Shown: positions 9,342 through 17,185 of the stretch, one piece after another
Numbering within the stretch: position 1 is the first letter of the stretch
Layout: each line of letters begins with the position of its first letter
Assembly (NCBI GenBank): GCA_046582635.1
Contig: JAYGEA010000160.1
Location: 1-61,522, forward strand
Length of the DNA: 61,522 bases
Direction: 5' to 3'
DNA from: Alphaproteobacteria bacterium
GTDB taxonomy: Bacteria > Pseudomonadota > Alphaproteobacteria > GCA-2731375
The notes under the pieces: model-generated
Databases searched by the model: none
Told to the model about the DNA's origin: nothing
Seen by the model: the letters and a program-made list of their open reading frames with translations, nothing else
Translations under genes and position numbers: made by a program

Positions 9342-9735
9342 GCGATCTTATGTCCGATGACGAGATGCTGTATCTGATCAAACGTTTCCCCGCGCCTACG
9401 GCAAGGGGGACCGGGACGGCCTGGTGGCGGCCACCACGGAGGATTTCGAATGGCACATGCACTACGGCGAACCGGGCACCGACAGCCCCACGGGCCGGGT
9501 GCTGAAGGGCATCGACGCGGTAATGGCGGAAATCGCCTGGCGCCAAGCCAACTGGAATAATGTCACCTACGCCAACATGGTTGAACGCCCGGCGGGCGAC
9601 GTCATCCTGCAAATGTTCACCACCCAAGGCACCGATGAACACGGCCGGGATTATCACCTCAACGTGGTCGATGTTTACCCGGTCCGCGACGGCCTGATCT
9701 ACCGCAAGGATACCTATTGGAAGGGCGTGCGGTAA
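9338..9735 (+). pseudogene. NTF2/SnoaL-like small protein, apparent 1-nt frameshift at a C4 run (9388-9391); alternatively a 103-aa product from GTG 9424
   Basis: ATG 9338 overlaps the puuE stop (ATGA) and gives MSDLMSDDEMLYLIKRFP. The next frame continues (R)AYGKGDRDGLVAATTEDFEWHMHYGE..., the usual SnoaL-like N-terminal helix followed by the xYxxGDxDGL motif. That frame is closed upstream by TGA at 9358-9360. Confidence 0.6.
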
Positions 9736-10674
9736 TCACCAGCCCAGGGATTGGCGAATGTCGGCGATCATGTCCATGTGCCGTTCATTGTCGCCGGCGA
9801 AGCGCAGCACCAGATGCGTGGCGCCGGCATCCGCATAGCCTTGCAGCCACTCCGCCGCCGCACCGGCCGGGCCGGCGAAGCAGGCCTGGCGGGCGGTCAT
9901 GACGGCGGCGGCGACACCGTAATATTCTTCCAGATAGGCGTTGATCTGGCTTTGCGCCCTATCGGCATCATCATCGATCACCATGGTCAGATACAGGGCG
10001 CCGGTCAGATCATCGGCGTTGCGTCCCGCCTCCTTGGCGGCCTCTCGCACCACCTGCCATTGTTCGCCCCAGCCGGCTGCGTCGGGCCCGGTCGGGAACC
10101 AGCCGTCGAAGTTCTTGCCAGCCCTGGTCAGGCTGGCCGGGACCGAGCCGCCGCCCCAGATGGGCGGGCCGCCGGGGCGGTGGGGGGTCGGCGCCAGGAC
10201 GCCTTGTTGGACGGGCCAGCGGCCTTCCCAGTCCACCGGTTCGCCGCGCCAAAAAGCCTGGCACAGGCGCAGCCCCTCCATCATGCGGCCCACGCGTTTT
10301 TCGAACGGCACCCCGGCGGCGGCAAATTCGGCCCGGATGTTGGGTACATCCGCGGCGATCCCCACGCCCAGAATGACCCGGCCCTGGCTGATCTGGTCCA
10401 GGGTGGCAAACTGGTGCGCCAGGACGACCGGGTTGCGCAGGGCCGGCAGCAGGACCGCCGTGCCCAGCTCCACCTTGGTGGTCCGCGCGGCGATGGCGGC
10501 CAGCATGGTGATGGGATCGTGGCGGGGCCGGGCCAGCAGACTGTCGCCGATCCAAACAGAATCAAAGGCCATGTTTTCGGCCCGGTCGGCCAGCGCCAGA
10601 ATAGGCGCCGCATCCGGCTGGCCATGCATGATGCGTTCGCGGGTGGGCAACAGATAGCCGAGTTTCATGCTCAT
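9736..10674 (-). CDS. LLM-class (luciferase-like) flavin/F420-type oxidoreductase
   Basis: 312 aa. FDSVWIGDSLLARPRHDPITMLAAIAARTTKVELGTAVLLPALRNPVVLAHQFATLDQISQGRVILGVGIA is a typical LLM TIM-barrel core. The start overlaps the pcaB stop (ATGA 10671-10674). Confidence 0.8.
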   Translation of the reverse strand: MSMKLGYLLPTRERIMHGQPDAAPILALADRAENMAFDSVWIGDSLLARPRHDPITMLAAIAARTTKVELGTAVLLPALRNPVVLAHQFATLDQISQGRVILGVGIAADVPNIRAEFAAAGVPFEKRVGRMMEGLRLCQAFWRGEPVDWEGRWPVQQGVLAPTPHRPGGPPIWGGGSVPASLTRAGKNFDGWFPTGPDAAGWGEQWQVVREAAKEAGRNADDLTGALYLTMVIDDDADRAQSQINAYLEEYYGVAAAVMTARQACFAGPAGAAAEWLQGYADAGATHLVLRFAGDNERHMDMIADIRQSLGW

Positions 10675-11942
10675 GACCTAATCTCCTTCAGGACGGCATC
10701 AATGAAATGGTTGGCGGCGCCAAGATAGTTGGCCGGGTCGCGCAGGGCGGACCAATCGACGGGCGCCTCCGTGCGCGCGGCCAATAGATCAAACAGATCC
10801 CCGGTTGCCGCTGCCGAACTGGCCGCCTTGACCAACGCCTGGGCCTCTGATTTCGGCATATGTTCGGCCAGGGCATACACGGCCGCTTCGGCCAGCGTGG
10901 CGGGCGAGAGGTTCGCGGACATGCGGTCCGCGTCCACGTCGAGGTTTTGCGCCATCACCTCGGCATGTTGCAACCCGGCGCCGGTGGTTCGGATCATGTC
11001 GGGCAAGGTCAGCCATTCCAGGTTCCAGGCGGTGCCGTCCCGTTCGTGCATATGCAGGGCCGCCTGATGCACGCCGCCGACCAGGCCAGCATTGCGCCGG
11101 GCCAGGGCCAGGACGGCCTCGGCCAATACGGGGTTTGCCTTTTGCGGCATGGCGGAGGAGCCGCCCGCGCCGCGCAGTTTGACCTCGCCAACCTCCGTCT
11201 GGGCCAAAAGCAGAATTTCGCCCGCCGACCGTCCCAAGATGCCGCTTACCCCGGACAGCCAGTTGGCCAACTCCACAATGCCATCCCGCTGGTTGTGCCA
11301 GGGCATGGGCGGATTTGAAAGTCCGAACTCCTCCGCCAAGGCGGCGGCGACACCAGGTCCGTCGCCGCCCAGTGCCGAAAGGGTGCCGCCGGCACCGCCG
11401 AACTGCAATTTCAGCGCAGGGTGTTGCCGGCGATGACGCAACAGGGGGGCAAGCCAACCGGCGACCTTCAGCCCGAATGTGGTCGGCACGGCCTGCTGGT
11501 TTCGGGTGCGGGCGGCCAGAATGGTGCCGCGATGGCGGTCCGCCAGGCCCGCCCAGGTCTTGATCAATTGGTCCAGGCGGCCCCGGAACAGCGCCAGGAC
11601 CCGGGCCAACATCAACGCCTGAGCCGTATCGACGATGTCCTGGGAGGTTGCGCCCCAATGAACATAGCCGTCATGGGGCCCCCCGACCGCGCCGCGCAGT
11701 TGCCGCAATAGTTCGATCACCGGCACCCCATCGCGAACCGTCGCCACGCCCAGGGCGGTGATATCGACGTCCAGGTCCCCGGCGACCTGATCAATCTGGG
11801 CGGCGGCGGCGACCGGGATGATGCCGAGGCGCCCTTGCACGCGGGCCAGGGCCGCCTCCATCTCCAACATGGCCTTGACCAGGGCACTGTCACTGATCAG
11901 TGTTTCAGTTTCCGGGTCGGATAGGTAGGCGTCCAATATCAT
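10671..11942 (-). CDS. pcaB: 3-carboxy-cis,cis-muconate cycloisomerase (fumarase/ASL superfamily)
   Basis: 423 aa. HWGATSQDIVDTA and signature GSSAMPQKANP. Directly downstream of pcaHG. Confidence 0.85.
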   Translation of the reverse strand: MILDAYLSDPETETLISDSALVKAMLEMEAALARVQGRLGIIPVAAAAQIDQVAGDLDVDITALGVATVRDGVPVIELLRQLRGAVGGPHDGYVHWGATSQDIVDTAQALMLARVLALFRGRLDQLIKTWAGLADRHRGTILAARTRNQQAVPTTFGLKVAGWLAPLLRHRRQHPALKLQFGGAGGTLSALGGDGPGVAAALAEEFGLSNPPMPWHNQRDGIVELANWLSGVSGILGRSAGEILLLAQTEVGEVKLRGAGGSSAMPQKANPVLAEAVLALARRNAGLVGGVHQAALHMHERDGTAWNLEWLTLPDMIRTTGAGLQHAEVMAQNLDVDADRMSANLSPATLAEAAVYALAEHMPKSEAQALVKAASSAAATGDLFDLLAARTEAPVDWSALRDPANYLGAANHFIDAVLKEIRS

Positions 11943-11957
11943 TGCCTCTGACCCGTT

Positions 11958-12545
11958 CTAAGCGTCGAAGAAGACGGTTTCCCCATCGCCCTGCATGTGA
12001 ATGTCAAAGCGGTAGGCGCCCTCCCCCTCCCGCCGGGCGATCAAGGTTTCCCGCCGGGCCGTCTCGACCAGGGCCAGCACCGGGTCTGCGCCGTTGGCGG
12101 CTTCCTCGTCGGCGAAATAGATGCGGGTATAGACGTGGTTCAACAGGCCGCGCATGAACAGAACCACGGTAATGTGCGGTGCCTGGCCGTCGCCGATGGC
12201 GCCCGGCTTGACGGTTTTGAATTCGAAAAAATTGTCCGCCAACGTTCCCGTACCAACCCGGGCAAAGCCGCCGAAGGCGGTATTGGCGCCGCGCGGGTCG
12301 CCAGGGTGGGCGTAACGGCCTTGGCTGTCCGCCTGCCATAATTCCAGCACCGCATCGCGCACCGTTTCGCCATTGCCGTCGAACACCTGGCCCCGGATCG
12401 TGATGGGCGCCGCGCCCTCCTCCGCCAATTCATTGCCGGCGAGTTGGGAATGGTCATAGCCGTACTGTTCCGGCACCAGGCCGAACGAGAAATAAGGCCC
12501 GATTGTTTGCGAGGGGGTTTGTTTCAGCATCTGTTTCGGTGGCAT
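11958..12545 (-). CDS. pcaG: protocatechuate 3,4-dioxygenase alpha subunit
   Basis: Start moved to ATG 12545 (MPPKQMLKQTPSQTIGPYF), 9 nt after GGAGG and 4 nt after the pcaH stop. TPSQTxGPYF and PHITVVLFMRGL blocks are typical. Confidence 0.85.
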   Translation of the reverse strand: MPPKQMLKQTPSQTIGPYFSFGLVPEQYGYDHSQLAGNELAEEGAAPITIRGQVFDGNGETVRDAVLELWQADSQGRYAHPGDPRGANTAFGGFARVGTGTLADNFFEFKTVKPGAIGDGQAPHITVVLFMRGLLNHVYTRIYFADEEAANGADPVLALVETARRETLIARREGEGAYRFDIHMQGDGETVFFDA

Positions 12546-12549
12546 GGAA

Positions 12550-13269
12550 CTAGGCCTCCATGGGCGTTGCCGCCCGCCCGCGCAGGCAGATATCGAATTC
12601 ATAGCCCAGGGCCCATTCCGGTTCGCAAAGCTCGATGGACAGATCCGCCACCAGCAATTGCCGGCTCGCCGCCGGCACGCCGTTGTAGATCGGGTCCAGG
12701 GCCAGCAGGGGATCGCCGGTAAAATACATCTGGGTGATCAGGCGGGTCAGAATGGACGGCCCGAACAAAGAGAAATGGATATGGGCCGGCCGCCAGGCAT
12801 TGTAATGGTTGGGCCAGGGATAGGCGCCGGGCTTAATGGTGATAAAGCGGTAACGCCCCGCCTCGTCCGTGACGCAACGCCCGGCACCTAGAAAATTCGG
12901 GTCCATGGGTGCGTCGTGCTGATCGTCGGCGTGATTGTAGCGGCCGGCGGCGTTGGGCTGCCATACCTCCAACAAAATGTTCGGCACCGGCCGGCCGTCT
13001 TCATCCCGGACCGTGCCGGCGACGATAATCCGCTCCCCATTGGGTTCGCCCGTCCTGGCGGCGGATTTGGTCAGGTCATGATCCAGGCCGCCTACCGCAT
13101 CATGGCCATAAACCGGCCCGGTCAACTCCGACAGGCTTTGCGGCAATATGACCATGGGCTTGGTCGGCGCCCGCAGGGGCGTCGATTTATAGTCGGGATG
13201 CAGATTGGGGGGATGGCTGTCCCAATCCCGCCGTGCAAATTTCCCAAAATCGGAATTGGCGTCCGCCAT
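12550..13269 (-). CDS. pcaH: protocatechuate 3,4-dioxygenase beta subunit
   Basis: 239 aa. LLEVWQPNAAGRYNH, YPWPNHYNAWRPAHIHFSLFG (iron ligand region). Confidence 0.9.
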   Translation of the reverse strand: MADANSDFGKFARRDWDSHPPNLHPDYKSTPLRAPTKPMVILPQSLSELTGPVYGHDAVGGLDHDLTKSAARTGEPNGERIIVAGTVRDEDGRPVPNILLEVWQPNAAGRYNHADDQHDAPMDPNFLGAGRCVTDEAGRYRFITIKPGAYPWPNHYNAWRPAHIHFSLFGPSILTRLITQMYFTGDPLLALDPIYNGVPAASRQLLVADLSIELCEPEWALGYEFDICLRGRAATPMEA

Positions 13270-13272
13270 GGT

Positions 13273-13590
13273 CTACTCGGCGGAGGAGATGATGTGGATC
13301 ACCCGGTTTTCCAGCAGATCGCCGACCTTGGCGGCATAGGCCTTCATGTGTGGAGCCACGGCGTGGGCGCCAAGGGCTTCCTTGCTGGCCCATTTTTCGA
13401 TGAAGACAAAGGTGTCCGGCCCGAACGGCGTCTGAAAGCTGCCCATGCCTTCCGTATCCACATGGGGCACGTATTCGATGCAGCCGTCCTCGGCCCGCAC
13501 GGCGGCCAAATTGGCCCGCGCGGCGGCCAGGACCTCGTCCCGCTTGCCGGGCTTGGTGGTGATGATGGCAACGACACTAACTTCACTCAT
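13273..13590 (-). CDS. antibiotic-biosynthesis-monooxygenase (ABM) family protein, YgiN-like putative quinol monooxygenase
   Basis: 105 aa. VVAIITTKPGKRDEVL...CIEYVPHVD...FIEKWASKEALGAHAVAPHMKAY is the ABM ferredoxin-like fold pattern. 3-nt gap to pcaH. Confidence 0.75.
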   Translation of the reverse strand: MSEVSVVAIITTKPGKRDEVLAAARANLAAVRAEDGCIEYVPHVDTEGMGSFQTPFGPDTFVFIEKWASKEALGAHAVAPHMKAYAAKVGDLLENRVIHIISSAE

Positions 13591-13625
13591 GATGGTCTCT
13601 CCTGATGTGGTTTGTTGGTTGATTA

Positions 13626-14492
13626 TTAGCCGCCCGGCGCGAAGGCTGCCAGGGCATTCCAGTCCGGCGCGGCACCGCCCGCGGGATCAAAGGGTTGAAT
13701 GGCCACATGATCGGCGCCGGCATCAAAATGTGCTTGCAGGCGGGCGCGAATGGCCGCTTCCGTGCCCCAGGCCACCATGGCGTCCAGAAAAGCATCACTG
13801 CCGTCGCCGTCCAGATCATCCATGGTAAATCCAAGGCCGAGCCAGCAGTTGCGGTAGTTGGGCAGGCCCAGATACATCTTCAACTGCGCCGCCGCCACCG
13901 CGCGGGCCTGGGCGGGGTCCTCGCACAGACAGATCTTTTGCTCCACGCACAGCGCCTTGCCGGGGCCCAGAATATCCCTGGCCCGGGCGGTGTGTTCCGG
14001 CGTCACGTTGTAGGGCAGTGCGCCGTCCGCCAGCTCCGCCGAAAGGGCCAGCATGTTAGGCCCCAAGGCGGCCAGCACGACCTGGCGATCGGCCTTTATC
14101 TGCACCGGTGCTGTCGCCATTGCGGCCAGATAGGCGCGCATGGTGGCCACGGGCTTGCCATAATTGTGGCCCCGCGCGCCCTCCACGATGGGGATGTGCG
14201 AGACGCCCAGGCCCAGAATAAAGCGGCCGTCGTACAGGCTGTTGAGGGTATTGTGCCCCTGCATGGCGGCGGAGGGATCGCGCACATAGATATTGGCGAT
14301 GCCCGTGGCCAGCTTCAGCTTGGTGGTGCGCCCCAGCAGATAGCCGCCCATGGCCATGGCTTCGTAGGCCATGGCCTCCGGATACCACAGGGTGTCATAG
14401 CCCAGCGTTTCGGTCTCTCGCGCCAGGCGGTCGATATCTTCGGTGGGCAGTCTGTTGGGGGCGAACCAGACGCCCCATTTTCCGGCCATCAT
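13626..14492 (-). CDS. LLM-class F420-dependent-type oxidoreductase (MSMEG_4141-like subgroup)
   Basis: 288 aa. GYDTLWYPEAMAYEAMAMGGYLL, RFILGLGVSHIPIVEG, LGPNMLALSAELADGALPY. Confidence 0.75.
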   Translation of the reverse strand: MMAGKWGVWFAPNRLPTEDIDRLARETETLGYDTLWYPEAMAYEAMAMGGYLLGRTTKLKLATGIANIYVRDPSAAMQGHNTLNSLYDGRFILGLGVSHIPIVEGARGHNYGKPVATMRAYLAAMATAPVQIKADRQVVLAALGPNMLALSAELADGALPYNVTPEHTARARDILGPGKALCVEQKICLCEDPAQARAVAAAQLKMYLGLPNYRNCWLGLGFTMDDLDGDGSDAFLDAMVAWGTEAAIRARLQAHFDAGADHVAIQPFDPAGGAAPDWNALAAFAPGG

Positions 14493-14510
14493 CGTTTAAT
14501 CGTCCTTGTT

Positions 14511-16235
14511 CTATTCGGCGGCGGCACGGGCGGTCGCCATGCCCAGGGTGGGCAGACCGGAGGCGAATTTGGTCAGCACCTCGCCCGGCGCTTCCACGTC
14601 GAGATAATTTTCACCATCGAACACCTGAATCCCGTTGACCCAGGTGCCTTTCAGGCCCGGCGCCCGGCGCAACAGGCGTTCGCCCCCCGCCGGCAGGTCG
14701 AAATGCCGCTCCATATTGGTGATGGAGATGGTCTCGGGATCAAACAGGATCATGTCGGCCCAGGCGCCTGGCGTCAGTTGCCCGCGGTCCGATATGCCGT
14801 AGGCATCCGCCGGGTCCGAGGTGACCTTGCGGATCGCGGTGGGCAGATCGAACAGGCCCTTGTCCCGGGCCCAATGGCCGAACAGATGCATGGCATAGCC
14901 GGCATCGCACAGCAGGGAATTATGGGCGCCGGCATCGGACAGGCTGATCAAGGTACCGTCGTTGAGAAGCAGGGGCGCGACGCCGTCCTCCTCCATGTTG
15001 AGCAGAAAGAAGGTGTACTTGGTGGCGAAATCTTCCTCCAACCCCAGGTCCAGGAACAGATCAAACGGGTCCACGCCCCGTTCCGCGGCGACCTCGGCCA
15101 CGGTGCGGCCCTCCAGTGCTTTGTTTTTTTCCAAACCCGTGATGGTGATGGGCACCCAATCCCAGCGGCCCTTGAAGACATGCTGGCTATCGCCCGACGC
15201 CAGGGTCTGGCGGAAGGCATCGCGGAAACCGGGATCGGCCAGGATGGTGCGCAGTTCGCCGTGGTCCTCGGTCGCGGGCCAATGTTCCATGGCCTTGAGG
15301 ATATAGGCCTTGTCCAGGGTGAAGCTCAGGCTCAGGGGCTGACACGACCCTTGGGTATAGACGGGCAGGCCGCGTGAGCGGGCCGCCTCGGCCTGGGACA
15401 TGATGTTGTTGGCCCGCTCCGGCTGGTGCGAGAAATAGAACATGGGCGCGTAAAATCCGGGCCGGCCGCTGATACGGGTCATTTCCTCCAGAAACGGGAT
15501 GCCGTGTTTCTCGCCAAAGGTCGCCATGAAGACGCCGTGGTCGTAATCCGCCAGGACCGAAACCAGGGCGCGGAATTCATCATCGTCCGCCAGGCGCGAG
15601 GCGATGGGAAAACCGCCCGCGCCGCGATGGTTCTCGTTGGAGGAGGAGCCGAGGCCCACGGCGCCCGCCTCCATGGCGTCGCGAAACAGCGCCACGATTT
15701 GCGCCAGCTCGTCTTCCGTCGATTGCCGGGTGGAACCTTCATCCCCCATGACCGCCGTGCGGAACACCGTATGCGAGGCCAGCACCGCCACATTGGGATA
15801 GACGCCCTTGCGCTTCAGCAAATCCATGTATTCGCCAAAAGTTTCATAGTTCGTATCGACGCCGGCCTTGAGGGACGTCAGGCTCATCCCCTCCACCTCG
15901 GCCAGATTGGCCAGAATGGCATCCCGGTGTTCGGGAGGAGCCGGCGCGATGCCGAAGCCGCAGTTGCCCACCACCACGGTGGTAACCCCCAGGGCGCCCG
16001 CCGGCGAGGCGGTCTGATCCCAGGTCAATTGCGCATCGTAATGGGTATGCAGGTCGATGACGCCGGGCGCCAGGACATCGCCGCCCGCGTCCACCTCTTC
16101 CCGGGCCTCGCCCGTTACCACGCCTACCACGCCCACGGCGGCCACCCGGCCGTCTTTCACCGCCAGATCGCCATGGATTAACGGATTGCCCAGGCCGTCG
16201 GCAATGCGGGCATTGCGGATGATCAGGTCATGCAT
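14511..16235 (-). CDS. N-acyl-D-amino-acid deacylase (D-aminoacylase) family amidohydrolase
   Basis: Start moved to ATG 16235 (MHDLIIRNARIADG), 5 nt after GAGGAA. PGVIDLHTHYD metal motif. About 574 aa, typical for this family. Confidence 0.8.
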   Translation of the reverse strand: MHDLIIRNARIADGLGNPLIHGDLAVKDGRVAAVGVVGVVTGEAREEVDAGGDVLAPGVIDLHTHYDAQLTWDQTASPAGALGVTTVVVGNCGFGIAPAPPEHRDAILANLAEVEGMSLTSLKAGVDTNYETFGEYMDLLKRKGVYPNVAVLASHTVFRTAVMGDEGSTRQSTEDELAQIVALFRDAMEAGAVGLGSSSNENHRGAGGFPIASRLADDDEFRALVSVLADYDHGVFMATFGEKHGIPFLEEMTRISGRPGFYAPMFYFSHQPERANNIMSQAEAARSRGLPVYTQGSCQPLSLSFTLDKAYILKAMEHWPATEDHGELRTILADPGFRDAFRQTLASGDSQHVFKGRWDWVPITITGLEKNKALEGRTVAEVAAERGVDPFDLFLDLGLEEDFATKYTFFLLNMEEDGVAPLLLNDGTLISLSDAGAHNSLLCDAGYAMHLFGHWARDKGLFDLPTAIRKVTSDPADAYGISDRGQLTPGAWADMILFDPETISITNMERHFDLPAGGERLLRRAPGLKGTWVNGIQVFDGENYLDVEAPGEVLTKFASGLPTLGMATARAAAE

Positions 16236-16362
16236 GTTGTTTCCTCGCGCCATCTTGTTTGGGCCATGATGGCCCGCCAGCTTTCAGGCTGCAAGCCCCG
16301 CGCGGTCTTGCCAAATACCGCAATGTTGGCGTACGTCACGTCTGCACCTTCAGGAGATCGAA

Positions 16363-17169
16363 ATGACCGCAAACCAAATTCTGTTCGACGTCACCGGCCA
16401 CGTCGCCACCATTACCCTGAACCGGCCCGAGGCCATGAATGCCCTTGCGGGCGACATGCGCGATGTTTTGTTGGAGGGTCTGCGCGGATACGAGACCGAC
16501 CCGGACGTCCGTTGTGTCGTGATCACCGGCGCCGGCCGGGCGTTCTGCGCGGGGGGCGATATCGAGGCAATGGCCAAGTGGCAGGCAGACAACGATACCT
16601 CCGTCCTGGAAAGCCATCTGGGCACTGTCGGGGCGGTGGTCAAGCTGCTGCATGACATGCCGCAGCCGGTGATCGGGGCGGTCAATGGCCCGGCGGCGGG
16701 GGGTGGCATGAACATGGCGCTGGCCTGCGACATGCGCCTGGGCTGCGAGAAAACGCTGTTTTCGGAAAGCTTCGTGAAAATCGGCCTGATCCCCGACTGG
16801 GGCGGCTTCCACACACTGGTCCGCCTGGCGGGCAGCGCCAAGGCTATGGAGCTGATGATGACCGGCGACCGGATCAAGGCGGAAGAGGCCCATCGCCTGG
16901 GCTTGCTAAACCAGCTTCTGCCCCTGGAGGGTTTCCAGGATCAAGTGCGCGCCTTCGCCGAGCGTCTCGCCGCCGGACCGCCCCAGGCCCTTGCCGCCAT
17001 CAAGCGCGGCATTCACGGCGCCGCCGGTTCCACCCTGGCGGAGGCCCTGAATTTCGAGCATCGGACCCAGGCCACGCTGATCCTGTCCGGCGATGCCCGC
17101 GAAGGCATGCGCGCCTTCCTCGCGAAGCGCCCGCCGGAATTCGGCGGCGAATTGCGAAAAGCCAATTGA
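16363..17169 (+). CDS. enoyl-CoA hydratase/isomerase (crotonase) family protein
   Basis: 268 aa. VATITLNRPEAMNAL and VITGAGRAFCAGGDI oxyanion-hole motif. Confidence 0.85.
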   Translation: MTANQILFDVTGHVATITLNRPEAMNALAGDMRDVLLEGLRGYETDPDVRCVVITGAGRAFCAGGDIEAMAKWQADNDTSVLESHLGTVGAVVKLLHDMPQPVIGAVNGPAAGGGMNMALACDMRLGCEKTLFSESFVKIGLIPDWGGFHTLVRLAGSAKAMELMMTGDRIKAEEAHRLGLLNQLLPLEGFQDQVRAFAERLAAGPPQALAAIKRGIHGAAGSTLAEALNFEHRTQATLILSGDAREGMRAFLAKRPPEFGGELRKAN

Positions 17170-17185
17170 TTTTCGGCCTGTGGAT

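Noticed and set aside
13695-15377. Very long ORFs antisense to confident genes. Examples are 13695..15377 (560 aa), 32991..35006 (671 aa), 51310..52944 (544 aa), 22815..24044, 53866..55095, 35061..36164 and 44795..46036.
   Set aside because: Their translations are Arg/Gly/Ala/Pro/His-rich with no recognisable motifs. Each lies exactly opposite a strongly supported gene (LLM/D-aminoacylase, ftsH/tilS, tkt, typA, pgk, tilS/cpoB, SpeE-like). These are typical shadow ORFs of GC-rich DNA.
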